Assembly: GCA_001303705.1 (NCBI GenBank)
Contig: LJUI01000004.1
Span: forward strand, 14,495-78,494
From: a candidate division TA06 bacterium SM23_40
Lineage (GTDB): Bacteria > LJUI01 > SM1-40
DNA: 64,000 nt
Direction: 5' to 3'
Below the pieces are notes generated by a model. The model was not told where the DNA came from. It was given only the letters and a program-made list of their open reading frames with translations, and ran no database searches. A program made the position numbers and the translations under genes. Below are positions 20,060 to 29,641 of the stretch, piece after piece. Within the stretch, counting starts at the first letter, position 1. Every line of letters begins with the position of its first letter.

Positions 20060-21016
20060 GTGTCCGCAAGGGGAAATCGGGCGATGGAACAGAATGTCGA
20101 TCGGGTATCGATAATAGTGCCGGCGCTCAATGAAGAGGAGAATGTGCCGGTCGTGGTACAGCGGATCTCCGAGATGATCGAGGAGAGTGGCCTCGACTGT
20201 GAGGCGATTTTGGTCGATGACGGCAGCACCGATGGCACGTATCAGGCTGGATTGCAGGCGCGGGAGCGTTATCCCTTCCTCAAGGTGGTCCGTCATCGGC
20301 GGAACCGCGGTAAGACTGCCGCCCTTCTCACCGGGGCGGAGGAGGGTACAGGCGGGGTGCTCGTGCTGCTTGACGCCGATATGCAGTTCGATCCGGCAGA
20401 GGTGCCGAAGCTCGTAGCAGGGATCGAACAGGGCGCGGATCTCGTCTCCGGCCGGAAGGTGGGCAAGTACGAGAAACGTTTCGTATCGTGGATATACAAT
20501 TTCCTATGTCGACGGCTGTTTCACGTGACGGTGCACGATCTGAACGCGGTCAAGGCATTCAGGCGAGAGGTTCTTGAGGCCCTCGATCTCAGAAAGGACT
20601 GGCATCGGTACCTGGTGGTACTCGCTGCAGAGAAAGGATTCACGATCGCCGAGGAGGAGGTGCAGCTCTATCCTCGTCTGCACGGCGAGACCAAGTACGG
20701 CGGCGTCGGGCGCATCGCAGTCGGTGTGCTCGATCTGATTGCAGTCAAGTTTCAGCTCTCCTTTATGCGCAAGCCGATGCTTCTGTTCGGCGGAACAGGA
20801 GCGTTCCTGCTCTTCTGCGGGATGATCGTCGGCTTCATCTCGCTGTACCTCCGTTTTGTGATGGAGATGGGCTTCCGGCCTCTGTTGTATCTCGTTATTT
20901 TGCTCGTCACCTCCGGGCTCCTGCTCTTCGCGCTGGGATTTCTGGCTGAGGCGATCGCGAACGTCCAGGAGAGGCTGGAGGGAGTTGAGCGGGCGGCGAA
21001 GAAGAGACACCTCTAG
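20060..21016 (+). CDS. GT2 glycosyltransferase, polyprenol-phosphate sugar synthase-like (DPM1/GtrB/ArnC-like) with a C-terminal TM anchor
   Basis: VSIIVPALNEEENV...ILVDDGSTDGT...DADMQ (DxD). Two C-terminal TM helices as in GtrB/ArnC. Alternative start ATG 20084. Confidence 0.8.
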   Translation: MSARGNRAMEQNVDRVSIIVPALNEEENVPVVVQRISEMIEESGLDCEAILVDDGSTDGTYQAGLQARERYPFLKVVRHRRNRGKTAALLTGAEEGTGGVLVLLDADMQFDPAEVPKLVAGIEQGADLVSGRKVGKYEKRFVSWIYNFLCRRLFHVTVHDLNAVKAFRREVLEALDLRKDWHRYLVVLAAEKGFTIAEEEVQLYPRLHGETKYGGVGRIAVGVLDLIAVKFQLSFMRKPMLLFGGTGAFLLFCGMIVGFISLYLRFVMEMGFRPLLYLVILLVTSGLLLFALGFLAEAIANVQERLEGVERAAKKRHL

Positions 21017-21226
21017 CCGCCCGGAGCCGCCAGAGACAGTAATCGTGCTCGGAGCGGGCTCCCGCCCCACAGTCTTCCCTAGAGTATGAATCCCCCTTCA
21101 CAGGCGGACCGATGCCCGATTCACCAGGGCTGCCCCCTGGCGATGCCCCGATCGACCCGTGGTACGGCCGAGGTCTGGGGAGGAATGAACGACGCCCTAT
21201 CTACCCCAGCGGAATGGGTTTTTCCC

Positions 21227-21255
21227 TTGACTTCCCTAGAGATATGGCATAGGTT
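21227..21255 (+). promoter_or_regulatory. Promoter-like motif TTGACT-N17-TAGGTT (copy 2) ~150 nt upstream of ugd
   Basis: Identical hexamers and spacer length to 15818-15846, followed by GGCAAG. Confidence 0.35.
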
Positions 21256-21406
21256 GAGGGGCAAGTGTGAGGGTTCAGCGGTCGGTCTCCGTCCGGATTC
21301 GGGGTGGCCCACCCAGAACGGGTGTGTCGAAGGGGGGGTGGTCTATTCAGAGTCCTCTCCGCATCCTGGTCGAGACGACCGTACCGGCTATTTGACGAGG
21401 TGATCC

Positions 21407-22705
21407 ATGAAGGTCGGAATCATCGGTTCAGGATATGTCGGATTGGTGACCGGCGCGTGTTTCGCTGAAATGGGAAACGATGTCATCTGCGTCGACAATG
21501 ACGAGGCGAAGATCGACATGCTGAAGCGCGGCGAGATGCCGATCTATGAGCCTGGACTCGGCGATCTGGTAGCCCGCAACACAGCAGACGGCAGGCTCGC
21601 GTTCACAACGTCGATAGAGGAGGCAGTTGACGCGTGCATGGTGCTCTTCATCGCCGTTGGCACACCATCAAAGGATGATGGCGAGGCAGATCTTTCTGCC
21701 GTCGAGGCAGTGTCCCGCAAGATCGCGGAGTGCATGAAGGAGTACCGTCTGGTCGTTGAGAAGAGTACGGTGCCGGTGCAGACCGGCGCCTGGATCAGGC
21801 GAACGCTCGAACGGTACAACCCGGACGGGGCTGAGTTCGACGTGGCGTCGAACCCGGAGTTCCTCCGAGAAGGATCGGCGATCGGAGACTTCATGCATCC
21901 GGACCGTGTTGTCATCGGGGTAGAATCGGAACAGGCTCGTACGATATTGCTCGATCTCTATGCGCCCCTCGAGTGTCTCATCGTGGTCACAGATATCGAG
22001 AGCGCCGAGATGATCAAGCACGCGAGTAATTCGTTTCTTGCCATGAAAATATCATTCGTGAATGCAGTGGCTAATATCTGTGAGAGGGCAGGGGCAGATG
22101 TCACTCAGGTTGCCGCTGGGATGGGATATGACCATCGCATCGGCAAGGAATTTCTGCGCGCCGGTGTTGGCTTCGGCGGTATCTGTTTTCCCAAGGACCT
22201 CCAGGCGTTTCGCAAGATAGCTGAGAGTTTCGGATATGATTTCGGGCTGCTCAAAGAGGTTGAGAAGATCAACGAAGAGATGAAGCGGCTGGCGGTGGAG
22301 AAGGTGCGAGAGGCGCTCTGGGTATTGAAGGGAAAGACGGTGGGGGTGCTGTGGCTGTCGTTCAAGCCGAATACCGATGACATGAGGCGGGCGCCTGCCG
22401 TCGACATCATCAATTATCTCCTGGAGGAGGAGGCCACTGTACGGGTGTATGATCCCGTGGCGATGGATAGGGCGAAGACGATACTCAGTGATGTTACGTT
22501 CTGCAAAGATCCGTATGAGGTCTGCGCCGGCAGCGACGCGCTTCTCATTGTGACGGAGTGGGAGGAGTTTGCGAACCTCGATTACGCTCACGTGGCGAAG
22601 CTCATGCTTACCCCGATCCTGATAGACGGCAGGAATATGCTCGACCCCGACAACATGCGGGAACTCGGCTTCGTCTATCGGGGGATTGGCCGTGCGACTC
22701 GATGA
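21407..22705 (+). CDS. ugd: UDP-glucose 6-dehydrogenase
   Basis: MKVGIIGSGYVGLVTGACFAEMGNDVICVD at the N-terminus. Catalytic Cys region GFGGICFPKD. Length 432 aa. Confidence 0.9.
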   Translation: MKVGIIGSGYVGLVTGACFAEMGNDVICVDNDEAKIDMLKRGEMPIYEPGLGDLVARNTADGRLAFTTSIEEAVDACMVLFIAVGTPSKDDGEADLSAVEAVSRKIAECMKEYRLVVEKSTVPVQTGAWIRRTLERYNPDGAEFDVASNPEFLREGSAIGDFMHPDRVVIGVESEQARTILLDLYAPLECLIVVTDIESAEMIKHASNSFLAMKISFVNAVANICERAGADVTQVAAGMGYDHRIGKEFLRAGVGFGGICFPKDLQAFRKIAESFGYDFGLLKEVEKINEEMKRLAVEKVREALWVLKGKTVGVLWLSFKPNTDDMRRAPAVDIINYLLEEEATVRVYDPVAMDRAKTILSDVTFCKDPYEVCAGSDALLIVTEWEEFANLDYAHVAKLMLTPILIDGRNMLDPDNMRELGFVYRGIGRATR

Positions 22706-22780
22706 CTGCCTCACAGGCTCTCTTGCCGCGCGAGGCGACATCATGGGGCTCAATGAACGTGAGGAGGTATTGGAGATCGG

Positions 22781-24655
22781 ATGGGCCGGCGCAGGAAACG
22801 TGCAGCAGAAGAATCGAAGACGAAAGGCAACAGTAGATCCAGGAAGAAGCAGCGCCCTGCGGTCGGGGCCGCCCCTCAGCGAAGGGCTACCGATGCGGGA
22901 GGGAAGGTGCAGGGTGATACTGCTTCCGAGACGGCTGCTGCCAGAGTCGCTCCGGAAGAAGGGCATCGGGACGAACGCGAAGAGAGAGCGGTCTCTCTCG
23001 ATGAGAGGGCCGAATCTGGGTACGAGAGCAGGCTGTGGCTCACGTCGGCGGCCAGGAAGGCACCTCTCATCACACTCGTGGTGATCCTGCTCCTTGCAGG
23101 CCTCTTCGGCGCTCTCCTCTTCGATCCGAAGCCGAGTGTCGGCGGCGACAATGCCCATTATCTTCTCCTGGCGAAAGCCCTGGCTACCGGTAGAGGCTAT
23201 CGATCGATCGAATCGCCGGGAGACCCACCTCATACCCATTTCCCATTCGGCTACCCCATGCTGTTGACCCCGCTCGTTCGTCTCATTCCGGGGAGCATTC
23301 TCCCGCCGAAGATGTTGTCCCTGGTGCTGTTCGTAGGGTCGCTTCTTCTCCTGTACCCACTCCTGACGCCGCGGATCGGATATGGCCTCACTCTGAGCGT
23401 ACTTGCCTTGCTCGCCATCAGCCCCATTATGCTCGAATTCTCGCACTGGGCCCTGTCGGAAATCCCCTTTCTCTTCTTCACGATTCTGTCGATGATACTC
23501 TTCAGCGCTGCAGAGAGGGGGGGGAGAAGGTCGTGGTGGTGGTTTGCCTTGGGATCACTGTGTCTGGTGTGGACATTCTACATCAGAACAGTCGGCATTG
23601 CTCTGGTGATCGCGGTGCTAGTCCGTCTCGCGTGGAGACGGTCGTTCAAGAGGGCTGCGCTGCTTCTGATCATAGTGGTCTTGCTGGCAGCACCCTGGAT
23701 GATCCGCAACGCGATACTGCCATCGGATGTAGGTGATCCGGCGACCGCGAGCTACATCTCTCAGGCGATGATGGTGAGCGCGTTCGATCCGGAGGCGGGA
23801 ACACTTACGGCACGTGAGTACCTGGTGCGGGTGTTCCGCATCGTCAGCGCCTACTGCAATCGTGTACTGCCCAAAGTCATCCTGCCGCCTCTCTGGGCGA
23901 GCGAATCGCTCTTTGAGCTCCCTCAGATCGCAAAAGCATTCGTATGGCCCCTCATCCTGGGCCTCACACTGTTGGGACTGTTCCTGCAGCTGAGGAGAAG
24001 GCCCGCTCTGTTCGACATCTATGTCATTGCTTACCTCCTGGTTCTCTGGGGGTGGGCGAACAAGAATATAGCCGCGGGGCCACGGTATCTGTTGCCCGTG
24101 CTCCCGTTCCTCTTTGTCTACTTTCTCGAGGGATGTGACCGGGTACTCAAATGGTCGGTTCCTCAGCGAAGCACACTGCTTCCCCTCGTCCTCGTTTGTG
24201 TTCTTCTAGTAACAGGTACTTGGGTTCTTCTTCCTCCCGTGTCATCGAACCTTGCCGACCTATCGGCGTATATAGCCGGTGATCCCTTTGCCGGATATTC
24301 CGACTCATGGGCCAATTTCTTCTCAGTAGCGCTCTTTGCCTACGACAAGATACCTCGTGATGCCATCATCATGACGCGCAAGCCCGCACTCTTCTATCTC
24401 TACTCGCATCGGAAATCGGTGATCTATCCCTATACTCGGGATGAAGAGAAACTATATGAGGCGTTAGCCGAAAACAACGTTGACTTCGTCCTGGTGGATG
24501 CGTTCCGCTGGACGAAGACGACACAGAGGTACCTCATCCCTGCCATACTGGCAAGGGTCGATCGGTTCAGAGTCATCTGCGTTACGATCCCGCCGAAGAC
24601 CTATCTGCTCCAGGTACTTGGTGATCCACGAGAGTGGTCAGGAGGAGAAGAGTGA
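22781..24655 (+). CDS. GT-C fold membrane glycosyltransferase (PMT/ArnT/GT39-83-like) with an unusual ~100-aa Lys/Arg-rich N-terminal extension
   Basis: Multi-TM N-terminal half, GDNAHYLLLAKALATGRGY loop motif, large C-terminal soluble domain. Basic N-terminus MGRRRKRAAEESKTKGNSRSRKKQRP. Confidence 0.6.
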   Translation: MGRRRKRAAEESKTKGNSRSRKKQRPAVGAAPQRRATDAGGKVQGDTASETAAARVAPEEGHRDEREERAVSLDERAESGYESRLWLTSAARKAPLITLVVILLLAGLFGALLFDPKPSVGGDNAHYLLLAKALATGRGYRSIESPGDPPHTHFPFGYPMLLTPLVRLIPGSILPPKMLSLVLFVGSLLLLYPLLTPRIGYGLTLSVLALLAISPIMLEFSHWALSEIPFLFFTILSMILFSAAERGGRRSWWWFALGSLCLVWTFYIRTVGIALVIAVLVRLAWRRSFKRAALLLIIVVLLAAPWMIRNAILPSDVGDPATASYISQAMMVSAFDPEAGTLTAREYLVRVFRIVSAYCNRVLPKVILPPLWASESLFELPQIAKAFVWPLILGLTLLGLFLQLRRRPALFDIYVIAYLLVLWGWANKNIAAGPRYLLPVLPFLFVYFLEGCDRVLKWSVPQRSTLLPLVLVCVLLVTGTWVLLPPVSSNLADLSAYIAGDPFAGYSDSWANFFSVALFAYDKIPRDAIIMTRKPALFYLYSHRKSVIYPYTRDEEKLYEALAENNVDFVLVDAFRWTKTTQRYLIPAILARVDRFRVICVTIPPKTYLLQVLGDPREWSGGEE

Positions 24656-25548
24656 GAGAGTCCACTGGGACTAGTGGAGAGAGAAAGCCACTCGTGAGCG
24701 TCGTCATCCCGGCGTTCAACGAGGAAGAAGCCATCGCCGATGAACTGAGAGAGATTACGACGGTGATGGACCGATCGGAATATCAGTATGAATTGATCGT
24801 GATCGATGATGGTTCGACAGACCGCACCGGCGAGATCGCGAAGGCCTCCGGCGCTACGGTGATCCGGCATCCGGTTAATAAGGGCAGCGGTGCATCTCGC
24901 CGTACGGGGATTCATAACTCGCAGGGAGAGATTATCGTGATGGCCGATGCTGACGGCACGTACCCCTGCTATCAGATTCCCGAACTTCTCAAGTGGCTCC
25001 CGGAGTACGACCAGGTGGTGGGGGCGAGACACACGGAAGAGGGCACGTTGAAGCTATTGCGAATGCCGACCAAGTGGTTCATTCGCCACCTGGCCTGCTT
25101 TTTGAGCGGGAAAGAGATACCCGACCTCAATTCGGGGTTGCGAGCTTTCAAGCGTGATGTGATGCTCAAGTTCGTCGACTTCATACCGGACGGATTCTCC
25201 TGCGTTACGACTATGACCCTTTCTTTCTTGACAAACGGGTATACCATCAAGTACGTGCCGATCGAATACTTTCGACGGGTGGGAAAGTCGAAGTTCCATC
25301 CCGTTCGAGATACCTACAATTATATGCTGCTCGTAGTGCGCATGATCATGTACTACAATCCGCTTAAAATCTTTGTTCCCGTCGGGATGGCGATCTTGGT
25401 TGCCGGTCTCGCCAAGGCAGTGCGCGATATGATTGTCTACTACTTCAAGGTGACAGGGTCTGCGATCGTGGCGATCAGTGTTGGCGTCCAGATCATCGTG
25501 GTCGGCCTTCTGGCCGATCTGATTGTGAAGCGGGTCGGGAAGACGTAA
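24652..25548 (+). CDS. GT2 polyprenol-phosphate glycosyltransferase-like (GtrB/ArnC/CsbB-like) with C-terminal TM helices. GTG start with RBS AGGAGG, GTGA overlap.
   Basis: VSVVIPAFNEEEAI...LIVIDDGSTDRT...DADGT (DxD). Two C-terminal TM helices. Confidence 0.8.
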   Translation: MRESTGTSGERKPLVSVVIPAFNEEEAIADELREITTVMDRSEYQYELIVIDDGSTDRTGEIAKASGATVIRHPVNKGSGASRRTGIHNSQGEIIVMADADGTYPCYQIPELLKWLPEYDQVVGARHTEEGTLKLLRMPTKWFIRHLACFLSGKEIPDLNSGLRAFKRDVMLKFVDFIPDGFSCVTTMTLSFLTNGYTIKYVPIEYFRRVGKSKFHPVRDTYNYMLLVVRMIMYYNPLKIFVPVGMAILVAGLAKAVRDMIVYYFKVTGSAIVAISVGVQIIVVGLLADLIVKRVGKT

Positions 25549-25599
25549 TTGCTCCGAGCGGAAACCGGATTTCGAGCGGCTCTGTCTACCTGAGAGCGG

Positions 25600-26625
25600 A
25601 TGACAACCGGAGAGCTTGTGGTGGAGGCCGATATAGTACCAACGAAGGGGTATCGCGGGCTTCGGCATCGTCTAGTGATCTTCGCCTCGGCCCTGGTTGG
25701 TGTCGGCCTGATTGTTGTGCTGTTGTCCTTCATCGATCCGAGAACGATCATAATGCTCTGCTCGCAGCTCGACCCACGCTGGGGGCTCGCGGGCGCGCTA
25801 TGCTACGGTGCGACCTATCTCTTCCGTGCTGCTCGTTTTCAGGTTCTGCTTGCGGAACGTCGCACCGCGATCGGGCGTATGTATTCGGTAGCCTGCGTCC
25901 ACGGGATGCTCAATCACCTCTTGCCGATGCGGTTCGGGGAGGTCTCGTATCTCTATCTCGTGAGGAGAGCCTTCGGCGTGAGTCTAGGAGAGGCGGCTGT
26001 TTCCCTCCTGGTGGCACGGCTGTTCGATTACATGGTCGTATCGACCATCTTCATGATCGCCGCCGTGCGGGTTCTCCCCGAACTTCCCGGTGGCGTGGGC
26101 TGGTACCTGGTAGGTGCCGCAGCACTCGCGGCTCTCGCAGTGCTGGGGCTGATCCTGGCCGTGCGCTTGAGCCACCGGCTACAGACGTGGGGAGCGAGAA
26201 TCAGGCAGGAGAGGCGTCGTGGCGTTCTGAGCTGGGTCGGTCAGAAGCTCGACGAGGTCGCGAGGGCATTTGACTCCGCCTCGCGTGCCCGGGTCTACAT
26301 GCGGGTGCTAGGACTGTCAGTACTCGTCTGGGGCGGCGTCTTTGGCACGTTCTACTGCCTGTTGCGTGGGTTGGGATTTGGTGTGAGCCCGTGGCTCGCG
26401 ATCGTCGGAGGAACCTTTGCCGTCCTTACAAGCGTGCTTCCGTTGAGTGGTGTCGGGAGCTTCGGCACACTGGAGGCCGGCTGGACCGCTGGTTTTCTGT
26501 TGATCGGATTTGAGAGAGAGCAGGCGATCGCGAGCGGGTTTGCGGTGCATCTCCTCTTGTTCGCAATGGTTATTCTTCTCGGCCTTGTTGGTGCGGCTGC
26601 GATTGCCGTGGGTCGAAAACGATGA
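25600..26625 (+). CDS. Flippase-like membrane protein, LPG-synthase-TM/UPF0104 family (paralog 2)
   Basis: Polytopic membrane protein with the family-typical N-terminal IDP...G..Y..R..R segment. Confidence 0.6.
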   Translation: MTTGELVVEADIVPTKGYRGLRHRLVIFASALVGVGLIVVLLSFIDPRTIIMLCSQLDPRWGLAGALCYGATYLFRAARFQVLLAERRTAIGRMYSVACVHGMLNHLLPMRFGEVSYLYLVRRAFGVSLGEAAVSLLVARLFDYMVVSTIFMIAAVRVLPELPGGVGWYLVGAAALAALAVLGLILAVRLSHRLQTWGARIRQERRRGVLSWVGQKLDEVARAFDSASRARVYMRVLGLSVLVWGGVFGTFYCLLRGLGFGVSPWLAIVGGTFAVLTSVLPLSGVGSFGTLEAGWTAGFLLIGFEREQAIASGFAVHLLLFAMVILLGLVGAAAIAVGRKR

Positions 26626-27827
26626 AGGTGTTGTTTATCGTCACCGCTTTTCAGCGCCATGAAAAAGACGTCATCACTCCCTGGCTTCTCGAGACGATCA
26701 AGAGTCTCGGCGATCTCGGTATCGAGGTCACGGTGTTTGCTCCCTCATACCGTGGGCTCGCCGATCACACCATTAAAGGTATCCCTGTCAAGCGGTTCCG
26801 CTACTTCTTCCGTCGATGGGAGAACCTGACCCACGAAGAGACGACGCCCGACCGCCTGAAACGCGGTCTCTTTTACAAGGGACTGGTGGCATTCTATGTC
26901 CTGGGCGGTATGATTGGCATTATGCGACTCTGCGCCCGCGAACGGTACGACATTATTCATGTCCACTGGCCCTTCCCTCATGCGCTCTTCGGCTATCTGG
27001 GGCGTTGGATGTGCGGAGGACGACTTGTCTGCACGTTCTACGGGGTAGAGCTCCAGTGGGTGCTCAACAAGATGCCGGCGTTTCGCCCATTTCTCAAATG
27101 GGCGGCACGGGTTTCGGATGAGGTTGTCGCTATCTCGAGCTACACGGCAGCGATGCTCCGCAACGTGGAAGATGTTCCGATTCGCGTCATTCCGTACGGC
27201 ATCTCAGTCCGGGAGTTATCACCGCCTGTCAGACGGTCTTCCGGACCGGCGACGATCCTGTTTGTGGGGAGACTGGTAGAGCGGAAGGGTGTGGCCTTTC
27301 TGATAGATGCGTTCCAGAACCTGTGCAGGTCGTCCGATGTTCGGTTGGTGATAGTGGGAGATGGGCCGGAGAGACGGGCTCTTGAACAGAGAGCTCGTTC
27401 GAGGGGCATAGAAGGGGAGGTCCGGTTTGTCGGCCAGGTGGAAGCGGATCGACTCAAAGAGTGGTACAGGGCCTCTGATATCTTTGTGCTCCCCGCAGTC
27501 TTCGATTCGAAGGGAGATACCGAAGGGTTGGGAGTGGTGCTTCTTGAGGCGTTGAGCCACGGGAAGGCGGTAATCGCCAGTCGCGTCGGCGGTATCGTAG
27601 ACATAGTAGAAGACGGCAAGACGGGTCTTCTCGTCGAGGAGAAGGACGCGACGGCACTTGCGCGTGCGATTGAGCGCCTTCTCTCCGATCATGAGCTGTA
27701 TCGCCATATCGTCGAGGAGGGACAGAAGAGAGTCCGAGAGAGATTTCTCATCGGAGCTGTTGCCGGGCGGCTGGCGGAGACCTACGGGGCGCGAACGACA
27801 GCCCGTACTCCGGAATCGACGGATTAG
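26622..27827 (+). CDS. Glycosyltransferase family 4 (ATGA overlap with the upstream gene)
   Basis: GT-B C-terminal domain with EGLGVVLLEALSHGKAVIASRVGGI. Confidence 0.8.
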   Translation: MKVLFIVTAFQRHEKDVITPWLLETIKSLGDLGIEVTVFAPSYRGLADHTIKGIPVKRFRYFFRRWENLTHEETTPDRLKRGLFYKGLVAFYVLGGMIGIMRLCARERYDIIHVHWPFPHALFGYLGRWMCGGRLVCTFYGVELQWVLNKMPAFRPFLKWAARVSDEVVAISSYTAAMLRNVEDVPIRVIPYGISVRELSPPVRRSSGPATILFVGRLVERKGVAFLIDAFQNLCRSSDVRLVIVGDGPERRALEQRARSRGIEGEVRFVGQVEADRLKEWYRASDIFVLPAVFDSKGDTEGLGVVLLEALSHGKAVIASRVGGIVDIVEDGKTGLLVEEKDATALARAIERLLSDHELYRHIVEEGQKRVRERFLIGAVAGRLAETYGARTTARTPESTD

Positions 27828-27831
27828 AATA

Positions 27832-28584
27832 ATGCGTGACTACTATCGTCAGGTTTCCGCATCAACGAGGTACCGCGATTCGCGCCGAAAGAAGGCGAAA
27901 CTGATAGCGGACGTAATCGGGGAATTACTTGACGACGCGCAGATGATTATCGATCTGGGGTCGGGAACAGGCCTCATCAAGCAGTACCTCAGTCAGAAGA
28001 TCAAGAAGCCGATTCTGGGCATAGAGGTGGACCCGGATTTCATAGTGCAGAAGGAAGATACCGCTATTGGAACGGTGACCGAACTTCCCGTGAAGGACAA
28101 TTCCGTAGATCTTGTCCTCTGCAACCATCTCTATGAGCACGTGCAGGACCGGTCGGCGCTGTTCTCAGAGATGCGGAGGGTACTCGCCCCGTCGGGAAGG
28201 ATCTATTTGACGGTCGGGAACAGGTTCCAGCTCATGGAGCCACACTACCGCCTGCCGTTTCTCAGTTGGTGTCCTGTATGGCTTGCGAACACCTATCTGC
28301 GGGTAACCAGACGGGGGAGTGACTACCGTGATATACACTTTCCCACGTATGGCGAGCTGGTTCGTGCCGTGCGTGCTCAGTGTCTTGAGGCCGACGATAT
28401 TACGTTCGATGTGCTCTTCCGTCGCAGGCGTCTGATGAGCACACCGCTGAGGAGAGTCCTGTTGTGGGTGCTGCTCCGCCTTCCTGACAGGCTGCGGCGC
28501 GTGCTCCTGAGATGGCTGACACCTCAGTGGTTCTTGCTGCTCCATCATCAGCAGGCTGGCCGAACCATGTGGCACGGATCGTGA
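27832..28584 (+). CDS. Class I SAM-dependent methyltransferase. The ORF track starts at 27658, overlapping the GT4; ATG 27832 is more likely.
   Basis: Motif I IIDLGSGTG. Post-I acidic residue. DLVLCNHLYEHV. Confidence 0.65.
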   Translation: MRDYYRQVSASTRYRDSRRKKAKLIADVIGELLDDAQMIIDLGSGTGLIKQYLSQKIKKPILGIEVDPDFIVQKEDTAIGTVTELPVKDNSVDLVLCNHLYEHVQDRSALFSEMRRVLAPSGRIYLTVGNRFQLMEPHYRLPFLSWCPVWLANTYLRVTRRGSDYRDIHFPTYGELVRAVRAQCLEADDITFDVLFRRRRLMSTPLRRVLLWVLLRLPDRLRRVLLRWLTPQWFLLLHHQQAGRTMWHGS

Positions 28585-28586
28585 GG

Positions 28587-29522
28587 ATGTTCTCTACCGG
28601 ATCATCTGCGCGCTTGCGCGAAAGAGCTGAACGTCGTGTGTCGTGGAGGAGGATCGCCCAGGTACTCCTCGTTTCAGCTGCGGTTATCTATATCGTTCAG
28701 CGCATCATCGCGGACGCGTCGAAGCTGCTGGAATTCGACTGGCGACTGAAGCTGGGATCTCTGGCAGTCTCCTATCTGCTGCTCTTTGCCGCGTTCTCAG
28801 GCTATCCCGTTGTCTGGTGGCTACTATTGAGGGGGATGGGAGAGAGGCTCCCGCTCGGTAAGGCTTTTCGGATCTGGTATGTGTCCAATCTCGGGAGATA
28901 CGTACCCGGTAAGATCTGGCAGATAGTGGGCCGTGTGGAGTTGGCGAAGGATCTGGGTGTGGCTCGATCTACCAGTGCGGCCAGTGTCGTCTACGAGACA
29001 GGATTGATCATTACGAGCGGCATCATTGTGTTTGGAGTTGCCACGGTAGCCTCCAGAGATGCTACACCCTTCTCGTCGGTCTGGCCGATCTTTCTCGTAT
29101 TGCCCTTTGGCATAGTCCTGGCCCATCCGCGAGTCCTCTCCGCCGTGACGAATGTAGTTTTGAGGAAGGTGCGCAAGCCGGAGATAACGTTAGACGTGGG
29201 CCTGCGATGGGCGGCCTCTGTCTTGGCGCTGTACGGGATATTGTGGATCATCCAGGGAGCGGGCTTTTTCTTTCTTGTCCGGTCGTTGACGGCGGTGTCT
29301 TTTCGCTGGTTGCCACAGCTCGTGGGCGTATTTGCTGCAGCATGGATTGCCGGGTTTCTCAGTTTCATCACGCCCGGTGGTCTGGGGGTGAGGGAAGGTG
29401 TCATGACTTTTCTTCTCAGCCTGTACCTACCGCCATCGATCAGTGCTGTCGTTTCCATACTGTCGCGCATCTGGATTACTGTAGGCGAGGTTGTCTGCGC
29501 TCTTGTGTCGTCGAAAGCGTAG
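28587..29522 (+). CDS. Flippase-like membrane protein, LPG-synthase-TM/UPF0104 family (paralog 3)
   Basis: Polytopic. GKIWQIVGRVELAKDLGV and other family-typical segments. ATG 28587 lies just after the MTase stop. Confidence 0.6.
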   Translation: MFSTGSSARLRERAERRVSWRRIAQVLLVSAAVIYIVQRIIADASKLLEFDWRLKLGSLAVSYLLLFAAFSGYPVVWWLLLRGMGERLPLGKAFRIWYVSNLGRYVPGKIWQIVGRVELAKDLGVARSTSAASVVYETGLIITSGIIVFGVATVASRDATPFSSVWPIFLVLPFGIVLAHPRVLSAVTNVVLRKVRKPEITLDVGLRWAASVLALYGILWIIQGAGFFFLVRSLTAVSFRWLPQLVGVFAAAWIAGFLSFITPGGLGVREGVMTFLLSLYLPPSISAVVSILSRIWITVGEVVCALVSSKA

Positions 29523-29641
29523 AGAGGATGACCGTCGAGTGGGACGGGCGTCCTTGGGGCGGATCCTGGGATAAATGAGCGCTCTGTGCGGTAGGAGTGT
29601 ACAGTGGAAGAATCGTTCAGAATGGCCGGAGGGTCTGGGGA

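Noticed and set aside
21017-21406. 390-nt intergenic region before ugd as a possible riboswitch or sRNA
   Set aside because: Apart from the TTGACT-N17-TAGGTT element (reported separately), I could not recognise any known riboswitch consensus. Small ORFs there (21086-21403, 21121-21312) are low-complexity and unconvincing.
27658-27831. 5' extension of the methyltransferase ORF overlapping the end of the GT4 gene
   Set aside because: The extension is Arg/Ser-rich and overlaps the GT4 in another frame. ATG 27832, right after the GT4 stop, gives a normal MTase N-terminus.
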